From positions 15,392-79,391 of the forward strand of contig WGNN01000088.1 in assembly GCA_016124515.1 (NCBI GenBank): 64,000 nt of DNA. Reading direction: 5' to 3'. Every line of letters begins with the position of its first letter. The first letter of the stretch is position 1. Positions 1-8,518 of the stretch are shown here, one piece after another. The notes beneath the pieces are model-generated. The model was given only the letters and a program-made list of their open reading frames with translations, had not been told where the DNA came from and did not search any database. The position numbers and the translations under genes were made by a program. The stretch is from a bacterium (lineage in GTDB: Bacteria; Bacteroidota; Bacteroidia; CAILMK01; JACPUW01).

Positions 1-311
1 TTTCCAATATCTTCTATTGTTATTATAATAGTAAATTTAGGATTTTTGAGATGTTCAAGAACAATTTTCTTGAGCGGAACAATGGTTTGATACACATATT
101 CATTTTCAAATTCGGTACCATCGGGCCCGCGCATGGTAAATTCCCATTTTCCGCCTTCGCGCACATCCATCAATCGAATTGAATTGGTAAAACCATCAGG
201 TCCCCACCATTCTTTTATATATTCAGGCGTAGTTAACACCTTCCAAAGCAGTTCAGCGGAGGCTTGGTACTTTCTCGTAATTTTCAAAGATCGTTGGCTA
301 ATATCTTCCAT
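1..311 (-). CDS. SRPBCC / AHSA1 (Aha1-like) domain protein, partial (C-terminal part lies left of the window)
   Basis: Absent from the ORF track because it runs off the edge. The reverse-strand ATG at 311-309 opens MEDISQRSLKITRKYQASAELLWKVLTTPEYIKEWWGPDGFTNSIRLMDVREGGKWEFTMRGPDGTEFENEYVYQTIVPLKK... This pattern is typical of AHSA1/SRPBCC proteins, which commonly follow an ArsR regulator. It sits 12 nt downstream of 324..638. Confidence 0.75.
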   Translation of the reverse strand, partial: MEDISQRSLKITRKYQASAELLWKVLTTPEYIKEWWGPDGFTNSIRLMDVREGGKWEFTMRGPDGTEFENEYVYQTIVPLKKIVLEHLKNPKFTIIITIEDIG

Positions 312-323
312 ACTTTTATTATA

Positions 324-638
324 TTATTGGTTTTGCATTTTATTCAATAAGTTATCTAATCTGTTCAACCTGCCTTCCCAAAGCAATTTGAAGGGTTCGA
401 GCCAGGTTGCCACTTTTTCCAATTGTTTAGTTTGTAATTTGCAATAGCGTTCGCGACCCACTTTTTCTATGGTGAGTACACCGCATTCCTGCAGGTATTT
501 TACATGTAAAGAAACGGCCTGTCGCGTCATATCAAACTGGTTTGCAAGCGAATTCACGTTTTTGCTTTCATCTAATAACGACATTAAAATAACACGCCTA
601 GTTGGGTCGGCAATGGCATTGAATACATCTCTTTTCAT
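324..638 (-). CDS. ArsR/SmtB-family winged-HTH transcriptional regulator
   Basis: 104 aa. The N-terminal FNAIADPTRRVIL motif and the HTH VNSLANQFDMTRQAVSLHVKYLQECGVL are typical of ArsR. It appears to be in an operon with the downstream SRPBCC gene. Confidence 0.9.
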   Translation of the reverse strand: MKRDVFNAIADPTRRVILMSLLDESKNVNSLANQFDMTRQAVSLHVKYLQECGVLTIEKVGRERYCKLQTKQLEKVATWLEPFKLLWEGRLNRLDNLLNKMQNQ

Positions 639-656
639 TCATCTTTGTTTTAATAC

Positions 657-698
657 GCAAGCATTTACTTGCAAATATAAGCGCAAGAATTCACTTGC
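657..698. promoter_or_regulatory. Two tandem 16-bp palindromes GCAAG-N6-CTTGC (candidate ArsR operator)
   Basis: GCAAGcatttaCTTGC lies at 657-672 and GCAAGaattcaCTTGC at 683-698. Their centres are 26 bp apart, and they begin 19 bp upstream of the ArsR start codon (638). Confidence 0.35.
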
Positions 699-916
699 GT
701 AAAAATTTGTGGTTTCTAAAATGAAAAAAGTTGATTGCCCTATACGCCGATAATCACAACTCCTTGTTAATCAAAGTAAATGACAATGCCCTAAACTAGT
801 TTCATTCTCTTTCATCCCTAGAAAACAAGCTTGTAGGCTACCAATTAACATGCACAGTCAGCAGTTTTCGATACTATCCAGAATAAAATTTTGAGAAACA
901 GTGACATCAATGTCAC

Positions 917-2065
917 TCAATTCCCTTCTATAATTTTACTAATACCTTTTGCCAATTGCTCAATAGAATAAAACCTGACGGCGTAGTCGCGGATTCCGGC
1001 AACAAACCTTGACTTAACAAACATCATTTTACCCAAATTTCGGGAATCTTTTTGTGCGGTTTCTACCCGCTTCTTTTGGCGTTTGATGTATAAATCAAGC
1101 CCATAATCAATATGCCCTTTGTCGGTACGCGAAAGTTCATCAACCAATGCTGCCGCAGAGTCCATTGCCATAGATGCGCCCACACCCGCTGTAGGTAAAA
1201 ATCCACATGCCGCGTCACCTAATAAAATCACATTTCCTTTGCGCCATTCGCTGGTTTTGCAGTCGTGAAACTCCCAGTAAAAAGGGTTTTGAGATGACTC
1301 CAATTGGTTAATAGCATCGTGCAAGAGCGTAAATTCAGGTAGAATTTCAGTTTTAATTTCATTTGCGAAATTTTTGAGACCCACTTTTTGGGTAACTTCA
1401 TTGGGACCACCTAAAAAGACACCTACTTTGTCTTTTACCGGATATAATCCCATAAAACTGGAGGAGCCCCAATATTCTTTGTAGGCATTTAAGTTTGTTT
1501 GCGGCAACCAAGCTACCCAACCACCCCACTTTGTGTCATAATACTCATATTCATTGGGTTGCCAAAGTAAATTTCTTGTTTCAGAATGAATTCCATCCGC
1601 AACAATTACCAAATTAAATTCGTCGGTTTTGCCATTGGAATAAATGAGTTCTACTCCATTTTCAGTTTGTGTTATTTGCGAAATCGTGGTGTCGAATACA
1701 ATATTTTCATAACCAATATTGTCTGCCAAAATATGAATAAGGTCTACCCTGCCAATGCCCCTGTAAGTACCATATTGCCTATTAATGAAGTCCAAAGAAT
1801 AGGCCTTGTTTAGCGTCCCGTCTTCCTTATGTATCTCATATTGAGACATTTCAACACTTGCATCAACATATTTTTCAATCAAGTCCAATTCGGTGAGTAC
1901 CCTACCACCCAAAGGCAGCAAGCCCAACATATAGCCTGAAGTATTATATATTTTTTGGTTTTCCCTTTCAATAATTTTAAATTTTGCACCTTGTTTTTTT
2001 AGCAAGCCCGCACAGGTTAATCCCGCAATGCCGGCACCCACTATAAGTATGTTCATATTCTCCAT
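917..2065 (-). CDS. FAD-dependent monooxygenase/oxidoreductase (UbiH/PheA-like family)
   Basis: 382 aa. It has an N-terminal Rossmann GxGxxG (ILIVGAGIAGLTCAG) and a C-terminal GDAACGFLPTAGVGASMAMDSA FAD-contact motif. Confidence 0.85.
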   Translation of the reverse strand: MENMNILIVGAGIAGLTCAGLLKKQGAKFKIIERENQKIYNTSGYMLGLLPLGGRVLTELDLIEKYVDASVEMSQYEIHKEDGTLNKAYSLDFINRQYGTYRGIGRVDLIHILADNIGYENIVFDTTISQITQTENGVELIYSNGKTDEFNLVIVADGIHSETRNLLWQPNEYEYYDTKWGGWVAWLPQTNLNAYKEYWGSSSFMGLYPVKDKVGVFLGGPNEVTQKVGLKNFANEIKTEILPEFTLLHDAINQLESSQNPFYWEFHDCKTSEWRKGNVILLGDAACGFLPTAGVGASMAMDSAAALVDELSRTDKGHIDYGLDLYIKRQKKRVETAQKDSRNLGKMMFVKSRFVAGIRDYAVRFYSIEQLAKGISKIIEGN

Positions 2066-2274
2066 AGGCTTAAGTGTTTAATCTCATTTTGATAATTGCA
2101 TTTGGTCTTTTAGCTTATTGTTGTCAAAGTAACGACTTGTAGTTTTGAAAACCATATTTTATGCCTGTTTCGTTTAGAATTGTTATGATGATTCTTATAA
2201 CTTATGTTTAACTCCTACGTAAAGAATTTTTTTAAAAAAAAATGTTCATTTCCGGATGTCCCTGACTTGGTTGG

Positions 2275-2640
2275 TAAAATATCACCCCTTCGGGGTTCTG
2301 GTGGCTCTTGGTTTGCCTTGTTGTATAATAATATCACCCCTTCGGGGTTGCTTGTTGGAGGGACGTTTATCACCCCTTCGGGGTTTGGGGTTGGTTTTTC
2401 GACTTGGTATATAATTATGTCACCCCTTCGGGGTTGCTTGTTGGAGGGGACGTTTATCACCCCTTCGGGGTTTTGTAGGGCGTGTTTTTCGACTTGGTAT
2501 ATAATTATGTCACCCCTTCGGGGTTGCTTGTTGGAGGGGACATTTATCACCCCTTCGGGGTTTTGTAGGGCCCTTGGTTTGCCTTTGTATATAATAATTT
2601 CACCCCTTCGGGGTTGCTTATTGGGTGAGACATTTTGATC
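2275..2640. repeat. Tandem array A of the CACCCCTTCGGGGT hairpin repeat family (8 hairpins, 90-bp composite unit)
   Basis: Hairpin cores start at 2283, 2335, 2371, 2421, 2458, 2511, 2548 and 2601. The 90-bp period is seen at 2421, 2511 and 2601. Both strands lack stops, which produces the spurious ORFs 2204..2638(+) and 2215..2697(-). Confidence 0.95.
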
Positions 2641-2647
2641 TACAGGT

Positions 2648-3172
2648 TTAATGTTGTTTAGTAAAATTCTCAAGATAGAATGTCGCCTGCCCTTCATTCT
2701 CCCTATCGTCGTTTAGAGATTGGTCTATGACAACTTCCGATCCGTTTTGAATGTACTTCCCGATGTAAATCATACCTCCAAATGGCCAGGTTTCTTTTAG
2801 AATATATCTATGATTGTCATTATCCAAATAAAGGTTTAAAGCAGAAATACCACCGTCAATTCTATAATAATCTTTACCATTGGTAGAAATGCGCTGATGC
2901 ATCATTACTTTGGTTAAACCTATGAAGAGAAAACTGCCTAAAATCAATTTATATGATATTTTTCGAGAAATTTTTACCGCTATCATAGTGATTAGCAACA
3001 TACCGGCAACACCGAAGCCGAAAGTCACTATTGGATCAATCCAATTCAGGAACATTTCATAGGCTATCTTTCTACTAAGCAACAATTTCAATTCAGGTAA
3101 TATTGACACCACAAGCAATGCGAAAATTTTAATTAATTTGGATTTTGAAGATGTTCTGATCAATGGATGCAT
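2648..3172 (-). CDS. Hypothetical membrane-anchored protein (N-terminal TM helices, soluble C-terminal domain)
   Basis: 174-aa ORF. Hydrophobic stretches include IFALLVVSILP, VTFGFGVAGMLLITMIAV and LILGSFLFIGL. I recognise no family. Confidence 0.55.
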   Translation of the reverse strand: MHPLIRTSSKSKLIKIFALLVVSILPELKLLLSRKIAYEMFLNWIDPIVTFGFGVAGMLLITMIAVKISRKISYKLILGSFLFIGLTKVMMHQRISTNGKDYYRIDGGISALNLYLDNDNHRYILKETWPFGGMIYIGKYIQNGSEVVIDQSLNDDRENEGQATFYLENFTKQH

Positions 3173-3177
3173 TTGAT

Positions 3178-3633
3178 TTATCGGTGAAGGTTTGGATTAA
3201 ATGTATGCGGAATCGGTTTTTGGTTTTTCATATACCAATCAACCACTCTTGCGGTAAGGCGGTCATAAATTTCGTCCTTAAGATAAGGATCATCGTACCT
3301 CAATAATCTATAAATATCAGATTCAATTTGCCTGATTTCCATTTTTGTAAAAATCCGCGAATTTTTTAGTGTTGTTTCGAGATAGTTGGCGAGAATCTCA
3401 TGACCGTGGTCCCAATTTCCATTGCCATTTCTCTGGGCTTCATTGCGCAATTTTTCAACTGCACGAATCAATTCCCCTTGCACAGTTTCTGCCTGCCCTA
3501 ACACCGGAACATAGCCATGCCACATAAACTTTGCCTTCTCAAAGTATTCCTCAGGCGACATTTTTCTTTTAACGCTAAATGCTGCGCAAATACGTTTGGA
3601 AAGAGCTGAGAACAAAGACTTTATCACTTTCAA
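3178..3633 (-). CDS. Hypothetical soluble protein
   Basis: 151-aa ORF in tight minus-strand series with its neighbours. The real start may be the internal Met at 3561 (MSPEEYFEKAKF...). I recognise no family. Confidence 0.5.
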   Translation of the reverse strand: MKVIKSLFSALSKRICAAFSVKRKMSPEEYFEKAKFMWHGYVPVLGQAETVQGELIRAVEKLRNEAQRNGNGNWDHGHEILANYLETTLKNSRIFTKMEIRQIESDIYRLLRYDDPYLKDEIYDRLTARVVDWYMKNQKPIPHTFNPNLHR

Positions 3634-3672
3634 ATTTCTGTTTAAAACAAAGTTTTCACGGGTTGTATAATA

Positions 3673-4149
3673 TCACAGTGGTTTTACCATTTTATAATTT
3701 TGAATTTCCACTTCGGATATTACATTTATTTGTAATGAATTGATTCTGAAGCCCATCTTTTCAAAAAAGGGTCTTGCTGTTTCACTTACATCCGATTTCA
3801 ATTCAACTGAATTTCTAAGAATTGCTTCCTTTTCAATAGCAGAATAAAGCGCTTTGGCAACGCCTTTTCTTTGGTAGTTTTTGTGCACGTACATCAAATC
3901 CAGGCAATTGTCGTTTTCCAACGAAGCGAAGCCCACAATTTCGCTATCCACTTCTGCTACAAGGAAATACTGAGACACCAATTTATCTCTCCAGCGTTGC
4001 TTATTGTCGATTGTAGATGTCCATACTTCAATTTGTGCTTGCGTGTAATCATCACAGCAAATGGCTTTAATAGTATCTACAAACAACTTTTGCATTTCTA
4101 ATAAATCGTTGGAATTTGCTCGCCGCAATGTAATTTTTAATTCACTCAT
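3673..4149 (-). CDS. GNAT-family N-acetyltransferase
   Basis: It carries the acetyl-CoA motif A (QRKGVAKALYSAIEKEA). I moved the start to the Met at 4149 (MSELKITLRRANSND) so that it no longer overlaps the upstream ORF ending at 4142. Confidence 0.85.
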   Translation of the reverse strand: MSELKITLRRANSNDLLEMQKLFVDTIKAICCDDYTQAQIEVWTSTIDNKQRWRDKLVSQYFLVAEVDSEIVGFASLENDNCLDLMYVHKNYQRKGVAKALYSAIEKEAILRNSVELKSDVSETARPFFEKMGFRINSLQINVISEVEIQNYKMVKPL

Positions 4150-4690
4150 TTTCAAAGTTGAACATTTCGTTTTCATTATCAACCATATATCTTATGCACT
4201 TATCAAAGTCACTTTTTATCGTCCTGTTAAGATATTGCTTCCATTCCGGCTCATCTTCGTTTCTGACAAAAGCATACAAAGCCAAGGCATAGGCCCATTC
4301 ATCGGTCTTCATATATCCCAAATTGTTGTATCCCCATCGATCGGATTGGTTGTAAAACTGAAAAGATGTATTTGCATTAAAAATTCCAAAACCAAAAAAT
4401 ACGGTTGTAAAATCAGTCAGCATTTCATCATTTTCTTCCAACTTTTTCTCTCCCAACAACTTAACATGTAAAAGCTCATGCGCAATAGTGGCAATTAAGC
4501 TGTATGGCCGTTCAAACAATGCTTCATCGAGCGAAATTCGGTACTTTCCATCAACTTTTTCATGATGATAAAATCCGGCAGCTTCCGGGTTTTCAGTATC
4601 TGCTTCCATAAAAACTACAGATGTTCCAATGTTTATTTCCTTGACACTATTATAGAAATTTAGTTCTATTTCATCCAAGCTCAGTTGCAT
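4142..4690 (-). CDS. HExxH zinc-metallopeptidase-like protein (C-terminal part of a frame interrupted by one TGA)
   Basis: 182 aa with IATIAHELLHVKLLGE (HExxH). It is in the same frame as 4694..4906, separated only by TGA-AAT. See the corresponding finding. Confidence 0.65.
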   Translation of the reverse strand: MQLSLDEIELNFYNSVKEINIGTSVVFMEADTENPEAAGFYHHEKVDGKYRISLDEALFERPYSLIATIAHELLHVKLLGEKKLEENDEMLTDFTTVFFGFGIFNANTSFQFYNQSDRWGYNNLGYMKTDEWAYALALYAFVRNEDEPEWKQYLNRTIKSDFDKCIRYMVDNENEMFNFENE

Positions 4691-4693
4691 ATT

Positions 4694-4906
4694 TCAGCAA
4701 ACTACTTCCAGGACTTCAAAGGCATTTTGCTCACTTTTATCCCATTTTATTGGAAAGTCGGCAAAGGTTGGTGTAAGCATTATTCGCTCTTCAATTTTTG
4801 GCTCCGAAAATTCCTGCATCAACCAAAGCACGTTTCCCTCAAAGTATTTTCTCAACTCTTTGGTGAGTGGTTCGTATTTTTTATTTGATTTCAAAAACTT
4901 GAACAT
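4694..4906 (-). CDS. Hypothetical 70-aa protein, or the N-terminal part of the HExxH protein
   Basis: This ORF ends with TGA at 4696-4694. The next in-frame codons are AAT and then the ATG of 4142..4690. Confidence 0.45.
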   Translation of the reverse strand: MFKFLKSNKKYEPLTKELRKYFEGNVLWLMQEFSEPKIEERIMLTPTFADFPIKWDKSEQNAFEVLEVVC

Positions 4907-4910
4907 ATTC

Positions 4911-5483
4911 CTATTTTTGAATTGCGTTTTGTTGGTTAAATGGATAATGGTCAGGTTTACAGAAGCTCTTCATTTTCGGCTCCTTCTTCCTTTTTGTAAC
5001 CGCTTGATTTAATACAATTCCAGTGGTGGTTGCAAGGTTAAGGCTTTCAACTTTGCCATACATTGTAATTGAAATACAATATTTACAAATCTCAAATACC
5101 CTATCGCTCAAGCCATTGCCCTCATCGCCAAACCAAATGGCAAGTTTGCTGTCATTAAAATCGTATTCGTCTATTTTCAAATTGACTTTACCTTTTCTGT
5201 GCGGACTGGTAGCAACTGAAATGAACCCTTCATTAGCCAAATAGTCTATACACGATTCAGTTGTGCCGAATGTCGCAATATCTGTCCACCATACGGCCCC
5301 TGACGAATATTTCAGTAGTTTTTTACGTTTTCTAATCAATTCAATATCATTTTCAAGTCTTTGTAGGCCATCAACCACAATTAATTTGTCAACTCCAAAT
5401 GCATTCACATTTCTAATGACATTCCCAATATTTAGCATATAATTAGGATTCTCAAGAACTGCAATCAATTTATTTTCAGGCAT
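4911..5483 (-). CDS. TrmH/SpoU-family RNA 2'-O-methyltransferase
   Basis: 190 aa. SpoU motifs are present: NIGNVIRNVNAFGVDKLIVV, LAIWFGDEGNGLS, and KVESLNLATTTGIVL (the knot region). Confidence 0.85.
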   Translation of the reverse strand: MPENKLIAVLENPNYMLNIGNVIRNVNAFGVDKLIVVDGLQRLENDIELIRKRKKLLKYSSGAVWWTDIATFGTTESCIDYLANEGFISVATSPHRKGKVNLKIDEYDFNDSKLAIWFGDEGNGLSDRVFEICKYCISITMYGKVESLNLATTTGIVLNQAVTKRKKEPKMKSFCKPDHYPFNQQNAIQK

Positions 5484-5580
5484 TTTTGAAGTAGTGTGGG
5501 TTAATATATTTTAAACCAAATTTCAAATGTAAATTTTTGAATGGCTATTTCGGTATGAAAACGCATTCAATGTGGATCTT

Positions 5581-6426
5581 TTACACTTTTTGTAATTCAA
5601 AAATGGTTATCTCGGGCCGAACGTTGAATCTCACTTGCCATAAGTGGCCCAAAGCTCTGTTTACATATAAGGTTCTGCCATTGCTCAGTTCTATGAGCCC
5701 CGAAGCGTAATTGGTGTTATTGACAGGTAGCAAAGGCGGTGGAAGAAATGGCGGTTTCACCTGACCACCATGTGTATGTCCGGATAATATCCAACTATTA
5801 TAATCGCCCCAAATGTTTAAGTCGCACACATCGGGATTATGGCACAACACAATGTTTGCCTTGGTTTTATCGAAGCCATTTAATGCCTTTTCGGGCTTAA
5901 AATTAAGTGCCCAAAAATCATCAAAACCAATAAAATTCAATCCGCTAAATTGCGCGCTATCATTTCTTAACACACTGACACTATGATACATAAGTAATTT
6001 TGAAACATTGTCTGCCACTTCGCTTTGCGACCAATTTAGTCCGTAATCATGATTTCCTAAAATGCCAACTGTTGCAATCTTGCCTATCACTAAATTATCC
6101 AGTGTTTCTTCTAATTTGTCGTATTGCACATTGCCCTTGTAAACACTAACATAATCACCGGTGTACACTACAAAGTCGGGAGTAAATTCTTGAGCCTTTT
6201 TAAATGACTCTATAATAAAATGATAATCAAACCGATTTCCGACATGAATATCACTTATCTGCATAAGCGTTTTACCGACCAAATTTTCTGGCAAATTTCT
6301 GATTGGCATTTTCATTTTCACAAATTCGAGCCAAAATGGTTCAATTTGCCAGGCATACAAGCCACTAAAGAGGCCCGCTCCGGCGAGCCCCCACAATGTA
6401 TTTTTTAAAAACTTTCGTCTGTTCAA
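5581..6426 (-). CDS. Calcineurin-like metallophosphoesterase with Tat-type signal
   Basis: 281 aa. The N-terminus is NRRKFLK followed by a hydrophobic stretch. Phosphoesterase motifs DIHVGN, GDYV, GNHD and GHTHGG are present. Confidence 0.9.
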   Translation of the reverse strand: MNRRKFLKNTLWGLAGAGLFSGLYAWQIEPFWLEFVKMKMPIRNLPENLVGKTLMQISDIHVGNRFDYHFIIESFKKAQEFTPDFVVYTGDYVSVYKGNVQYDKLEETLDNLVIGKIATVGILGNHDYGLNWSQSEVADNVSKLLMYHSVSVLRNDSAQFSGLNFIGFDDFWALNFKPEKALNGFDKTKANIVLCHNPDVCDLNIWGDYNSWILSGHTHGGQVKPPFLPPPLLPVNNTNYASGLIELSNGRTLYVNRALGHLWQVRFNVRPEITIFELQKV

Positions 6427-6433
6427 TTGCGGC

Positions 6434-8125
6434 TTAATCTTTCAAAAGTTTAACAACGCAATTTGAACTGGGGGTTTTTATGTTTAAAAAATAAACTCCG
6501 GTACCGCCATCAATTGCCAATTGCTTGTGCTGCAGTTGGCCAAAATATTCATTATAAATTACTTTTCCTTGCAAGTCAGTCACCGTTAGTTCCACATTAT
6601 TAATAATTTTTTCGAACGATATATTTACGAAGTGATTGCTTGGATTGGGGTAAATTGTCACATCGATTCCGGTGCCCATATCAAGCCATCCTGTGATGGT
6701 TTGCTTCATTTTCTGTACAAAAATATCGTTGCCATTCACGGCAGTAATTTTGATAGTTCCCGTTCCCGGATCAAAATCAGTGGCGCCACTAAAAGCGCCG
6801 GTAGTATAAATATTATATGATGCATCTACATGTATTTCAAAGCATTGGTCTTCGTTGGAACCACCAAAAGATACCGCCCAATTGAAGTTTCCCGCCGAAT
6901 CAAGATTTTGTACAAAATTGTCGGCGAAACCTTTTGATGTGAGGTTTGCGGTGCCGGTTCCAGGATCAAAATCGGCAGTGGCATAAAACACACCGGCACA
7001 ATATAAATTTCGTGAAGGATCCATTTTGAGTCCACGCGGCTTGTCATCCAGATTTCCGCCAAAAGTTTTTACCCAAACAAAATTGCCCGATGCATCGAGT
7101 TTTTGTATGAAAACGTCTCTGCCACCTGCCGAAGTGATATCATAATTGCCTGCGCCGGGATCAAAATCGACCAATTCCAGAAAATTTCCTGCGGTATATA
7201 CATTGCCCGAAGCATCAGTTATAATACAAGTTGCTACATCGGCAGAATTTCCGCCGAAGGTGCGCGCCCAAAGAAATTTTCCTGTGGCGTCCATTTTGTG
7301 TACAAACACATCAGCAAAGCCTACCGATGACAAAGAAGTAGTTCCGCTGCCCGGATCAAAATCGACGGTTTCGCTGAAGTATCCGGTGGTGAATACGTTT
7401 CCTTTGGCGTCCGCATTTATTGCATAGCCAAAGTCTTCGCCGCTGCCGCCGAACGAATTGGCCCACAATAACTTGCCGAACGGATCTAATTTTACCACAA
7501 ATATATCGTTGCCACCAAGCGCCGAGAGATTGGCTGTACCCGTGCCGGGATCAAAATCGGCTGTTCCCATAAAGTTGCCTGTTATTAATATATTTTCATC
7601 CGGGTCAAGTGTAATATAATTCGCGTAGTCATTATCATTTCCGCCGAACGAACGAGCCCAAATCAAGTCGCCGTCGGGGCTCAATTTTAGAACGAAAACA
7701 TCTGCGACTCCTGCTGATGTGAGGGTGTATGTTCCTGCACCGGGGTCAAAATCAGCCGAAATGGAGAAAGTACCGCTTATATAAACATTGCCTGCTTTAT
7801 CAAGCACCAAGCCTGTTGCAAAATCTGTCGCCTGATTGCCGAATGATTCGGCCCAAAGAAAATTGCCTGAAGCATCCATTTTTTGAATAAAAATATCATT
7901 ATTGCCATTTGAGGTGAGATTGAACGAAGCTGAACCCGGGTTGAAATCTACGGTTGCTTCGAAGTCGCCAACCGTATATATATTGCCATCAGCATCCACG
8001 CTGATAAAGCTCCCAATCTCATTTTGATCGCCACCAAAGCCCTTGGCCCACTCAATTGATTGCGCACTAATGTGGCACATAATGCTTGAAAAAGCAATGA
8101 ATAGCGCGGTATTTTTTGATTTCAT
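6434..8125 (-). CDS. SBBP beta-propeller repeat protein with T9SS type A C-terminal sorting domain
   Basis: 563 aa with a signal peptide. About 10 repeats of ~48 aa follow the pattern FGG...D.G..I..D..GN.Y..G.F....DFDPG. The C-terminal IYPNPSNHFVNISF...GVYFLNIKT...VKLLKD is a Por secretion tail. Confidence 0.9.
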   Translation of the reverse strand: MKSKNTALFIAFSSIMCHISAQSIEWAKGFGGDQNEIGSFISVDADGNIYTVGDFEATVDFNPGSASFNLTSNGNNDIFIQKMDASGNFLWAESFGNQATDFATGLVLDKAGNVYISGTFSISADFDPGAGTYTLTSAGVADVFVLKLSPDGDLIWARSFGGNDNDYANYITLDPDENILITGNFMGTADFDPGTGTANLSALGGNDIFVVKLDPFGKLLWANSFGGSGEDFGYAINADAKGNVFTTGYFSETVDFDPGSGTTSLSSVGFADVFVHKMDATGKFLWARTFGGNSADVATCIITDASGNVYTAGNFLELVDFDPGAGNYDITSAGGRDVFIQKLDASGNFVWVKTFGGNLDDKPRGLKMDPSRNLYCAGVFYATADFDPGTGTANLTSKGFADNFVQNLDSAGNFNWAVSFGGSNEDQCFEIHVDASYNIYTTGAFSGATDFDPGTGTIKITAVNGNDIFVQKMKQTITGWLDMGTGIDVTIYPNPSNHFVNISFEKIINNVELTVTDLQGKVIYNEYFGQLQHKQLAIDGGTGVYFLNIKTPSSNCVVKLLKD

Positions 8126-8518
8126 AAGGTTGTTCTCACGTTTAATGTTGCGCGGTTGAAAGTAGTTGATTTATGTCTTTGACAGTTTCAGGTTTTTGGT
8201 GGATTCGCTAAAATACTTGGTATTTGAAGCAAAGAAATTTTGGAAAGAAAAGAAAGGTCTTTAGTTTGGTTAAAACTTTTATGTCTCAAGTATGAAGTCA
8301 AATTGACTCTTTTTTTTGGTTATTTCTTTGTGACATGTAGTGGATGACTGCCATTTGTGATTGCTTATTGGGTGGGTTATAATATCACCCCTTCGGGGTT
8401 TTTGTTATTGTCACTTGGCTTCGTTTATAATAATGTCACCCCTTCGGGGTTGCTTGTTGGATGGGACGTTTATCACCCCTTCGGGGTTTTGTAGTGCTTG
8501 CTTTTCGACTTAGTTTAG

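Noticed and set aside
2204-2697. ORFs 2204..2638 (+, 144 aa) and 2215..2697 (-, 160 aa) covering array A
   Set aside because: Both strands are open only because the tandem repeat lacks stop codons. The 'proteins' are periodic translations of the 90-bp unit (ITPSGF.../PEGVINVPSNKQPRRGD...). There is no start context and they mutually overlap.
4694-4696. Genome-wide UGA reassignment or selenocysteine as the explanation for the in-frame TGA
   Set aside because: TGA terminates moaA, aroA and aroC cleanly at the expected protein ends. No obvious GC-rich SECIS-like hairpin lies immediately downstream, and no sel genes are in the window. A local nonsense mutation or gene coupling is more likely.
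5745-5775. parS-like site (GGTTTCACCTGACCA) and isolated GTGAAAC or TGTTTCAC half-sites at ~22213 and ~61611
   Set aside because: The best case matches about 10 of 16 positions of TGTTTCACGTGAAACA, and all of these sites lie inside coding regions. No full palindrome was found near parAB by eye.
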